In this document: positions 10,028-18,679 of the stretch, in pieces
How the letters are laid out: every line of letters starts with the position of its first letter
Numbering within the stretch: the stretch's first letter is position 1
Origin: Rhizophagus irregularis
Lineage: Eukaryota
DNA: 64,000 nucleotides
Assembly (NCBI RefSeq): GCF_026210795.1
Contig: NC_089434.1
Coordinates: 1,426,001 to 1,490,000, forward strand
Direction: 5' to 3'
Program-made: the position numbers and the translations under genes
Notes under the pieces: generated by a model
Told to the model about the DNA's origin: nothing
Databases searched by the model: none
What the model saw: only the letters and a program-made list of their open reading frames with translations

Positions 10028-11235
10028 TTCCTACTTGTAATGCTCGACGGTCCATGTGGCTCTTAGAAAAGATCTGTAGAAGGACTTCAATACCTTCTAT
10101 TATTTGTTTATTATCCAGAGGGCGACTAGACTTCAGGGCTTCATATCGGGAGAATAACTCCTTCACATTCTCAGTTTTCAGAGTTTCAGTCTTTGCAGTC
10201 TTACCCTGTACTTTTGCTAAGAAATCCTGAAAGTCAGCTCCTAGGGTCTTACCAGAGAGTCCATAAGCTTCCCGAAAGACATATTTAATCCAGGTATCTG
10301 CATTCTTGGCTAAGACACCAGGTACAAGTAAATGTTGACGTTCTTTAGGGGATGGAAATACCCGAGCAAATTCAATCAAGTGTCCACCTTTTTTTGCTTC
10401 AAATACAGCTTTCTGACCATAGGGACTAAACTTGGATCGAACTGTGATTGAACTGGGTTCAGACTGAGATCGAACTGGGTTCAAACTTGGATCAAACTGA
10501 GATTGAACTGAGATCGAACTAGGATTGAACTGAGATTGCTCTGTGATCGAACTGAGACTAGTATCCCATCTTACTCGAATGGACAGTGGATCACTTTTGG
10601 ACCGTCTAAGATCAAACACTACAAATTCACGTTGCAGAGTAAGATCATCAATTACTGGTGCTAATGACTCTGATTCTTCTGTATATAGGCGGATGATTCT
10701 CTTGGTATCTGTAAGGCTCCCATGACCTCCATGCAGTGAGATGTAGTTAACATTTTCTCGAATAGCCTTAGGAATGGCAAAGAATCTTTGGGCTACATAA
10801 ATACATGAAATATTTTTGTGTCGTCCATGTGTAAAGTAACCAGTGATGAGATCCTGGATTTTTTTAGGTGCATCCATCAGATCCTCGAAGATTACCACAG
10901 TAGCTTGAGTAGGGTCGAAGGAATCAATCTCTGGAATCTCACTATGGGTTACTGCAGTGAATGGGATCTTCTCCTCTTCGAAAAAAATCATGTACAACTG
11001 CCCACTTTGGCTCGTCAAGATATCTGCCAACTAAAAGTACTGCATCACATAGTACATACCGATTACCATCCTCCTTTGCTTTCTTGTCACCCATTAACAA
11101 ATTAATGATCATAGTTGTCTTACCTGAGTCTGAGCTACCTGCTACGGCTAATCGAAAGGGCCATGATGGAGCAAACTCATTGCCTTGTCTTGAGTCGGTC
11201 GTGTACTCGTCCAAATTGTATACATAAAGATCCAT
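10011..11235 (-). CDS. FtsK/HerA-family, poxvirus A32-like genome-packaging ATPase (one frameshift at ~10981-10987)
   Basis: Walker A LAVAGSSDSGKT in ORF 11235-10942; Walker B VVIFEDL and the A32-type FTHGRHKNISCIYVAQ in ORF 11030-10011. Removing one base from a 7-T run joins them (HDFFEEEKI). Confidence 0.85.
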
Positions 11236-11266
11236 TTGAATTTTATTCTAACTTAGTTTAAATACT

Positions 11267-12064
11267 ATGTCGACATCAACACCAATTCCAGTTTATACTC
11301 CTTCAGAACCTACTGGACCGCCTCCTGCACACTTGGTCAATGAAAAAGACGATGATGAATTAGTTAGAATACTTAAGGCTCATGCAAATTTATTGACTAC
11401 CAGGGGTCGTTTAACTGTTGATTCAGAGATACAGGAGGCAAATAATCAAATCAAACATATTATTAATATATTAATGTATCGCTGTAAAGCAAAACATGAA
11501 GAACTTGGTATTACAAAAGATTTGTTAGTTTTTGCACAAGGTAAGATAAATGCATTTGATGAAACGTTTACTAATTTAGAACGTCAATTAGTTATTATAC
11601 GTGCTGCCAATGATAATTTCATAGAAGAAAACCATAACCTGCAAAGAGATTATGATACTATGGTAGAGCTTCGTCGACGGGCTATAGGTGAACGTAATCA
11701 GGCACGACATGAACGTAATGTATTACAAGCAGATTATACTCAAGCAGTAAGGGATCGTAATGAGGCTCAAAATGCTGTGAATCGTGGTAATATCCTTTTA
11801 AATCATTGGCGGCTGAGGGCTACTCGGACTGGAGGACAACTTGTATTGGTTAATGCGCAACTTGGACAGGTTAATGCACAGCTAGCACATGCTAATAATA
11901 GGGTGCGTTTTGGGATTCAGACATTAGGAAGACTTAGGAATAGACTTTTCCAACAGATAGCTGCTCTTAGAATTCAGGTACAATGGTTTCGAATTAGACA
12001 ATTGAACCCTCCTCCACCTATATTAAACAATCCACTAGAGACGATATGGCTACCACTGCGATAG
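11267..12064 (+). CDS. Coiled-coil protein immediately upstream of, and overlapping, gag
   Basis: Heptad-rich (ERNQARHERNVLQADY...VNAQLGQVNAQL) ending in PPPPILNNP; overlaps the gag start by 19 nt. Confidence 0.7.
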   Translation: MSTSTPIPVYTPSEPTGPPPAHLVNEKDDDELVRILKAHANLLTTRGRLTVDSEIQEANNQIKHIINILMYRCKAKHEELGITKDLLVFAQGKINAFDETFTNLERQLVIIRAANDNFIEENHNLQRDYDTMVELRRRAIGERNQARHERNVLQADYTQAVRDRNEAQNAVNRGNILLNHWRLRATRTGGQLVLVNAQLGQVNAQLAHANNRVRFGIQTLGRLRNRLFQQIAALRIQVQWFRIRQLNPPPPILNNPLETIWLPLR

Positions 12065-13476
12065 GATTGCCGATTTTTGAGGGTAAAGCTACTGATGATA
12101 TTGATACATTTGTTAGGCTTTATATGGGTTATCTTGATACTATTAATCTTAACCCATACGCTGCTGGAGGGCCACCAGAGTCTTGGAAAAGAGCTATGGG
12201 TATACTTAGAAGCTGCATGGCTGGTGAAGCGGCTGAATGGTTTGATCGAGAAATTACAGGAAAAAATTGGGAACTTTCTGGTATCACTTCAAGAGGTGGA
12301 GCTAATTTAGCTGCTTTTGTAGCATTAGTAATACCAGAAGGTGCAGGAGGACCAAATGCAGGTACCTATGTAAATGGGTCTGAAGCACATGTTCATGCTA
12401 CAGATGCAGCTAATGCATTAGTAACTATTAGAGCAGCATTTATTCCTACCCATGATTTAATAGGTGGAGATAAAGCTTGGGGAAGAGCTGGTGCTCGTCC
12501 GACAGATAGAGCTGCTCCAGCTACTGCAGATGCTGGTGTTGCTGCTAATAATAATCGTTCTATAGTTTTTCCAGGTATTAAACCTAACCAGGCGCTTTAT
12601 TGGCTTAGAACACAATTTCCAACTATTTTAGATGAAAAGAAACGTATCCGTTTTAACAGTCTTTATCAGGAAAATGAGCCAGTCGATGCATTTTATAGAA
12701 CTGTAAAGAGAGCTGGAAAATTACTAAAACTAACTGATGATCTTATTATCGACCAGTTCTTTAGAGGTCTTTCGGCTGATAATATTTTTGAAGCAGAAAG
12801 GTTTAGTAATCTTAATCCTGATGACTTGGTTAAACATCTGAGAAATTTAGAACGGAGAAGGGCTGAAATGCGCTTGGGGTTACAAGATAGAAATCGACGA
12901 CTTCAAGCAGATTACAGTGATGTAACTCAACCTCCGTTAGGAAAACAGGAACCTGTAGTACTGACATCAAAGTCATCTGGGGTTACTCAAGAACAATTAC
13001 AAGAGTTACTTAAGGCTCAAGCTGAGGAACTTACCAAGAATTTTCAGGTGCAATTTAAACAATTACAGGCTCGGCCAGTTCGTAATCCACCAGTCTATAG
13101 ACAGCAGATTAAACCTGTTCGACCAAAACCACAGAGACGTGTTGTTCAGGATCCTCAGGATCCTGATTGGGATGATGGTTATGTAGATCATGATGTTGGT
13201 GATGACCCTGATGCTCCTGAGTGGACTTTGGATGATCATCAAAATGCTATTGATCTTATTATGGGATATAAACGTGGGACGTCTAAAATACTTACAAAAC
13301 AACTTCAGAAGGCTAAAGATAGACGTGATGATCTGGATTTGGCCCGAGCAATGAGAAACCTTGATCTTAATGATGATGCTATGGACATTGATACTGCGAG
13401 TTTTGGTGAAAAGGTAGAATTGAGAGAAAAAGATGGTGATGTCTATATGGTTCGTGTTGGGTCAAAAAAAAAGTAG
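12046..13476 (+). CDS. Retrotransposon-type Gag (capsid-like) protein
   Basis: LPIFEGKATDDIDTFV...LRSCMAGEAAEWF (CA N-terminal pattern) and FNSLYQENEPVDAFY...IIDQFFRGL (major-homology-region-like). Confidence 0.8.
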   Translation: MATTAIGLPIFEGKATDDIDTFVRLYMGYLDTINLNPYAAGGPPESWKRAMGILRSCMAGEAAEWFDREITGKNWELSGITSRGGANLAAFVALVIPEGAGGPNAGTYVNGSEAHVHATDAANALVTIRAAFIPTHDLIGGDKAWGRAGARPTDRAAPATADAGVAANNNRSIVFPGIKPNQALYWLRTQFPTILDEKKRIRFNSLYQENEPVDAFYRTVKRAGKLLKLTDDLIIDQFFRGLSADNIFEAERFSNLNPDDLVKHLRNLERRRAEMRLGLQDRNRRLQADYSDVTQPPLGKQEPVVLTSKSSGVTQEQLQELLKAQAEELTKNFQVQFKQLQARPVRNPPVYRQQIKPVRPKPQRRVVQDPQDPDWDDGYVDHDVGDDPDAPEWTLDDHQNAIDLIMGYKRGTSKILTKQLQKAKDRRDDLDLARAMRNLDLNDDAMDIDTASFGEKVELREKDGDVYMVRVGSKKK

Positions 13477-14213
13477 GTTCGAGTATCTCAAAACTTCTTA
13501 AGTCGTCCCCAAATAAGACAGCAGTTAGCTCTTCTAGTGTGCCATTGAAAGGCAAAGCAACCCCTATTAAGATTCCTATGAAAGTTACTGGTAGTAAGTC
13601 TACACCTGCAAAAGCTGTTACTAAGAATGATTTATTAAGCCTGTTAAGGTCTGCAGACTTTAGGAAATTACTCCGTGAGATTCTTCAGGAGGAGTTATTG
13701 TCTGCTAGAAAAGTCACAGAGATTCCGGAGGACCTAGTTGAGGAGGAACAAGAAGAGGATATCAGGGTAGATGATTCTATGGATATTGACATAGCTCGTT
13801 TAGAGAATACTAAAGATCTTTTAGCACTGGATGGGGAGGTTAATGGAATAGCAATTCAGTGTTTAGCAGACACTTGTGCTAATGCGTCTTTTATTCAGAG
13901 AGAAGCTGCTGAGGAATTAGGGTTGGATATCGACAAGAGTATTACATATAACATATCTGGTGCTTCAGGAACAGGTAGGACATTCGGCATGGTAAAGGGA
14001 GTGACAATCAAACTTACCCCTGATTATGCTATCACTGAGGACCTTGCAGTCTTAAGTGGTTACAAGCATAGGGAAATTGGGTTAAGCCGAACGTGTCTGA
14101 AACGTTACAATTATGATGTCCATGAATCACGCGAACATATCGCCCTTACCTGTAATGGGAAGAATGTTTTTATCCCGATAGTTCCTGATGCTAATCGAGG
14201 GGATAAAAAATAA
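13464..14213 (+). CDS. Retropepsin-like aspartic protease, -1 frame relative to gag
   Basis: VNGIAIQCLADTCANASFIQREAAEELGL...IGLSRTCLKRY. The frame is open from the A9 run at 13464-13472 to the stop at 14213. Confidence 0.8.
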   Translation, partial: KKKVGSSISKLLKSSPNKTAVSSSSVPLKGKATPIKIPMKVTGSKSTPAKAVTKNDLLSLLRSADFRKLLREILQEELLSARKVTEIPEDLVEEEQEEDIRVDDSMDIDIARLENTKDLLALDGEVNGIAIQCLADTCANASFIQREAAEELGLDIDKSITYNISGASGTGRTFGMVKGVTIKLTPDYAITEDLAVLSGYKHREIGLSRTCLKRYNYDVHESREHIALTCNGKNVFIPIVPDANRGDKK

Positions 14214-14238
14214 GACCCTTTAATTCTTCTATTTTTTT

Positions 14239-15330
14239 TTATTCCCAAAATTTGCGAATTAAGTCAGGGACATCCTCCTTCAACCGGTCAGCAGGTTCCC
14301 AAGTAGCCTCAGTGTCTGGATAGCGCTCCCACTTAACCAAATACTGGTCTTGACCTTTTCTAATGCGATGCTGAAGTATCTGCTCAGGAACAAATCTTTC
14401 AGGTTGTCCTCTTATCACAGAGTCAGGTGGAGGCTTTTCATTAATAGGAACTACTTGCAATTCCTTTCGGGTATATGCACATCTGGATACACCTAATCGA
14501 CCATGTGGTCCATTAAGGAGATATGTAGGAGGCTGTTCGGGTGAGAGTATCATTTTTTTGATTACACGAATGTTTGGGTTCCATCTTATGTCTCCTGTAC
14601 GGAATTTTCCGTGAAGTTTATTACCGAGTACTGAGATAGGTTCATTTAACTTGACTCTGACACGTGCTCCTTCAGAGAGGAGATCCGTCTTTTTTGACAC
14701 TTTGGGTGATCCTGTCGGAATGTCTGGGGGATTTCTCTGCCAGAGTTCATTTACTTTACTCACTATATTATGGAAATCTTCTGACCATTCCACGGATGTC
14801 ACCCCGGTTTTCAACTCCTGTGCTACCATTCGTTTAAGAAGGGGTTCTTGGATGGCTTGGATAGCTCTTTCAGCATAAGATTGCTGTTTATGCCTTCCTG
14901 GCTCTCCGAACCTCATCATTACCCCTAGGCTGTTCAGGAAAAAATCACGTACCTGGTCGTTAGTGAATTCTGATCCGGAGTCTGTCTCCAGTCTGTGTGT
15001 TGGTGGCTTAATACGATTTCTTCTGTAGATTTTGACAAACCCGTTTAGAACTCTATTTGCAGTCTTATCCTTTAGGGGTTCTGCATCAACTCTCTTTCCT
15101 GCAACTTCCACCACTACGAGAAAATAGTGGAATCCTTTGGGGTCAACTGGCATCTCTGCAAGATCTGCCTGATGTGTTGCATTTGGTTTCCATACAATTA
15201 CCTTTGGGCGTTCTGTTGACTTTTCCTTTAGGGGCTTTTTGTATAGGTTGTAGTGCTCTTCACCTTTTAGAATTCGTGCTGGTACTCCGGAGAGATTGTA
15301 GTACTTATAGTAATTCTCTAAGTGTGACAT
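14239..15330 (-). CDS. rve-family (retroviral-like) DDE integrase with C-terminal chromodomain
   Basis: HQADLAEM, LETDSGSEF and SYAERAIQ catalytic triad; chromodomain PEQILQHRIRKGQDQYLVKWERYPDTEATWEP. First ATG at 15330. Confidence 0.95.
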   Translation of the reverse strand: MSHLENYYKYYNLSGVPARILKGEEHYNLYKKPLKEKSTERPKVIVWKPNATHQADLAEMPVDPKGFHYFLVVVEVAGKRVDAEPLKDKTANRVLNGFVKIYRRNRIKPPTHRLETDSGSEFTNDQVRDFFLNSLGVMMRFGEPGRHKQQSYAERAIQAIQEPLLKRMVAQELKTGVTSVEWSEDFHNIVSKVNELWQRNPPDIPTGSPKVSKKTDLLSEGARVRVKLNEPISVLGNKLHGKFRTGDIRWNPNIRVIKKMILSPEQPPTYLLNGPHGRLGVSRCAYTRKELQVVPINEKPPPDSVIRGQPERFVPEQILQHRIRKGQDQYLVKWERYPDTEATWEPADRLKEDVPDLIRKFWE

Positions 15331-15374
15331 ATTACAACAAATTAAAGGAATGGTTTTAGACTTCAAATCTTAAA

Positions 15375-15696
15375 ATGACACGTTTTTACTGCCTAAAGTG
15401 CAAGAAGGAAACTGAGACGGCTAGTGAAATACAAGATATGACTACAAATGGGCGTTACCGGCTGCATGGTGACTGTGTGGTTTGTAGTATGCATAAAAAT
15501 ACTTTTACTGGAATAGACTGGGTGATCAAGAAGAAGACTAAGGAGAAAAAGAAAGAAACCGCTGCTAAGAGACAGCAGACGGCTTACAATCGGCAGTGCA
15601 AAAAACTTGGACAGAAAATCTTAGATTCTGATGACGCGTGTAAACAGTGTATTGATAAATGCCTTAAGGAGGCAAAAAAAGAGGAAGACGGATTAG
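15375..15696 (+). CDS. Small Zn-ribbon protein (DUF5679-like); an extra A near the 3' end shifts the stop
   Basis: FYCLKCKKET...TTNGRYRLHGDCVVC. The paralogue 17116-17436 ends KKRKTD*; this copy has 7 rather than 6 A at ~15674. Confidence 0.7.
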
Positions 15697-15735
15697 TACT
15701 GTCTTCTAAACTTATCTGGATATGCTCTATTCTCA

Positions 15736-16306
15736 ATACCCATTGTTCAATTACTTATTTTTTCTGACGGGGAAAGTGGCCGTAGTTCGGTGGTCGTAGT
15801 TCGGCGGTCATAGTTTGGTGTCCCAGGTATGTAGATAAAGGGTGGTCATAGTTCGGTGGTCGTAGTTCGGTGGTCGTAGTTCGGCGGTCATAGTTCGGTG
15901 GCATAGTTCGGTGTCTCAGGTAAGTAGATAAAGGGTGGTCATAGCTTAAATCGGGTTTTGGAGCCTGAGGGGCTAACTAAGGTGGCCATAGTATTATCAT
16001 AAGTTTTTTTGAACTGTGGCCAGTACTATGACCGGATATTCTGTCTGATTTTGGCTTTATTCGCGTTTTTATCCACTTTTTAGTAGTCTGGTCATAGTGG
16101 TCATAGTGGTCATAGTAGTTTTAATATATAAGAAAAAATGGATAAAAAAAAGGAGTTGGAAAGTAGTGTGACCAGCCATGGCCACTGTGGCCATGGTAGT
16201 AGTATATATGGGGGATTCCAGGGCCATTATGGCCCAAGTAGGTACTGCGAGGACGTGAGTCCGAGGTGGGGTGAGCGGTAGCGAGACCCACATCCAGACC
16301 GATGAC
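15736..16306 (-). repeat. Right TIR (571 bp) of the inner element
   Basis: Reverse complement of 1759-2328 with several CpG transitions and a 1-nt indel. Confidence 0.95.
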
Positions 16307-16311
16307 GAGGA

Positions 16312-17071
16312 TCATTTTTTTGATGACACAGATATTGGGATTCCATCTTATGTCACCTGTACGAAATTTTCCATGGAGTTTATTCCCGAGTACTGAAATA
16401 GGTTCGTCTAATTCAGAGAGAAGTTCCGTCTTTTTTGACACTTTGGGTGACCCTGTCGGAATGTCTGGGGGATTTCTCTGCCAGATTTCATCTATTTTAT
16501 TAACTACATCACGGAAATCTTCTGACCATTCCACGGATGTCACCCCGGTCTTCAACTCCTGTGCCACCATTCGTTTTAGGAGAGGTTCCTGGATTGCTTG
16601 GATGGCTCGTTCAGCGTATGATTGCTGTTTGTGTCTTCCTGGTTCGCCGAACCTCATCATCACCCCTAGGCTGTTCAGGAAAAAATCACGTACCTGATCA
16701 TTGGTGAATTCTGATCCGGAGTCTGTCTCTATTCGATGTGTTGGTGGCTTAATGCGATTTCTTCTGTAGATTTTAACAAATCCATTGAGAACCTTATTTG
16801 CGGTTTTATCCTTTAGGGGTTCTGCATCGACTTGTTTACCCGCGACTTCCACCACTACGAGGAAATAGTGGAATCCTTTGGGGTCGACTGGCATCTCTGC
16901 AAGATCTGCCTGATGTGTTGCATTTGGTTTCCATACAACTACTCGTGGACGCTCTGATGACTTCTCCTTTAGGGGCTTTTTATATAGGTTGTAGTGCTCC
17001 TCACCTTTTAGAATTCGTGCCGGTACTCTGGAGAGATTGTAGTATTTGTAGTAATTCTCTAAATGCGACAT
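16312..17071 (-). pseudogene. Outer integrase, N-terminal/catalytic half (interrupted; also a 21-nt in-frame deletion)
   Basis: Near-identical to 14239-15330 through IKKMIL, then runs into the inner TIR; lacks GARVRVK. Confidence 0.9.
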
Positions 17072-17115
17072 ATTACGACAAATTAAAGGAAAGATTTCGG
17101 ACTTCAAATCTTAAG

Positions 17116-17436
17116 ATGACACGATTTTACTGCCTAAAGTGTAAGAAGGAAACTGAGACTGCTAGTGAAATACAAGATATGACCACAAATGGCCGCTATC
17201 GTTTACATGGTGACTGTGTAGTTTGTGGGATGCATAAGAATACTTTTACTGGGATAGACTGGGTTATCAAAAAGAAAACCAAGGAGAAGAAAAAAGAAAC
17301 TGCGGATAAAAGACATCAGACGGCGTACAATCGGCAATGCAAAAAACTCGGGCAGAAAATCTTAGATTCTGATGACACGTGTAAGCAGTGTATTGATAAA
17401 TGCCTTAAGGAGGCAAAAAAGAGGAAGACGGATTAG
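17116..17436 (+). CDS. Small Zn-ribbon protein (DUF5679-like), outer element
   Basis: MTRFYCLKCKKETET...GDCVVCGMHKNTF; divergently transcribed from the integrase. Confidence 0.75.
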   Translation: MTRFYCLKCKKETETASEIQDMTTNGRYRLHGDCVVCGMHKNTFTGIDWVIKKKTKEKKKETADKRHQTAYNRQCKKLGQKILDSDDTCKQCIDKCLKEAKKRKTD

Positions 17437-17445
17437 TACCGCCTT

Positions 17446-17961
17446 CTAAAAGTATTCCTCATCATCTGAGTCATCGAGAGATACCTCTCCATCATCTGAT
17501 TCATCATCCGAGTCATCAGGAGTGCGACCTTCCTTAAGCAATTGGATGTTGTACGTTATTTGAGTCCATTTCTCCCAGTCAGACTCTTGCGTTATAAAGC
17601 CGCATCTGAGGAGTGCTCTTTCTATTACTACCATCCCTGCAAACCTGGTGTATTTTTTCTGATCGGCTTCATTGAAATTGTCAATGGCTTCTTTGTAGTA
17701 GTCTACTGCCTGTTTGTATACCTCTTCGGCTTCTTTATGCCGCTTCCACAACTCGGCTTTACAACAGTTATACCAGAGTCTGTTAATCTTGAGATGTTTT
17801 CCGAATTCTTTAACCGGAAGGTTTCTGACCATCTCTGCTACTATGTCCGGGTCATTGAGGGGTGATGCCTGAATTTGGATCCATTTACGGATTCCATAGA
17901 TGTCTACAAGATCAAGCCCGAGGTCTTCGGTAAGAGAAGTGGCGGCGTGTAAGTTTATCAT
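17446..17961 (-). CDS. F-box-like protein with acidic tail, outer element
   Basis: LNDPDIVAEMVRNLPVKEFGKHLKINRLW; C-terminal DDSDDESDD. Confidence 0.7.
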   Translation of the reverse strand: MINLHAATSLTEDLGLDLVDIYGIRKWIQIQASPLNDPDIVAEMVRNLPVKEFGKHLKINRLWYNCCKAELWKRHKEAEEVYKQAVDYYKEAIDNFNEADQKKYTRFAGMVVIERALLRCGFITQESDWEKWTQITYNIQLLKEGRTPDDSDDESDDGEVSLDDSDDEEYF

Positions 17962-17999
17962 TGTATGTTACTTATAGTTACCTAATCTTCAATTGCCGA

Positions 18000-18460
18000 A
18001 TATATTTTTTCTGACGGGGGTAAGTGGTCATAGTTCGGCTGCCATAGTTCGAGTGCCATAGTTCAGGACATAGGGAATCATACTTGGAGGGTCTAGGTGA
18101 GTATATAAAGGGTAATCATAGCGTGAATCGGGTTTTGGGGTCTGAGGGGCTGACTAAGGCTGCCATAGTATTATTATAAGATTTTTCGTACTATGGCAGA
18201 TACTATGGCAGGAGATTCTGTTTGATTTCGGCTTTATTCGCGTTTTTATTCCATTTTTAAGTAGTTTGCCATAGTTGCCATAGTTGTCATAGTAAGTTAT
18301 ATATAAGAAAAAATGTAGAAAAAAAAAAAGTGGAAAAATACCGTGGCAGACCATGGTACTGTGGCAGGTAAACCTGCCCCACGGAGGGGGGATGTAGGTA
18401 CTGCGAGGCCGTGGCCGAGGTGGGATGAGCGCTAGCGAGGCACACTACCAGCCCGACGAC
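18000..18460 (-). repeat. Right terminal region/TIR of the outer element (inner boundary undetermined)
   Basis: Collinear but diverged relative to 15736-16306; TGCCATAG iterons; ends GCCCGACGAC. Confidence 0.75.
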
Positions 18461-18679
18461 ACAAAAAATCATATTGTCTTTATTCTTATAAATTGTTTAA
18501 ATGCTGAAACTCTAATTAAATCATATAGAAAGTATTGCCGAAACCCTCTAGTTTCGGCAAGCAACCTTATTTATTAAGTAATATTAAATAAAAATTTAAA
18601 TTTTAAAAATACATTAAAGAATGTAAATTTATTTGCAATTCAGTATAGTATGATCATAAAAAATATAAATTACTCCACT

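Larger units (their letters stand above)
1759..16306. mobile_element. Complete Polinton/Maverick-like element carrying Gag and protease (14,548 bp)
   Basis: TIRs 1759-2328 and 15736-16306; TSD GAGGA at 1754-1758 and 16307-16311. Intronless, densely packed ORFs for integrase, PolB, helicase and ATPase; visibly more GC-rich than the host DNA. Confidence 0.95.
1..18460. mobile_element. Outer Polinton/Maverick-like element, right part (left end outside window), interrupted by the inner element
   Basis: Same gene order as the inner element (gag, protease, minus-strand integrase, Zn-ribbon gene). Ends in ...CACACTACCAGCCCGACGAC at 18460, the reverse complement of the GTCGTCGG terminus. Host-like Helitron sequence resumes at 18461. 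Confidence 0.9.

Noticed and set aside
12046..15330. Independent Ty3/gypsy LTR retrotransposon inserted in the element
   Set aside because: There are no LTRs, PBS, RT or RNase H; the integrase is on the opposite strand; and the same layout is present in the outer element.
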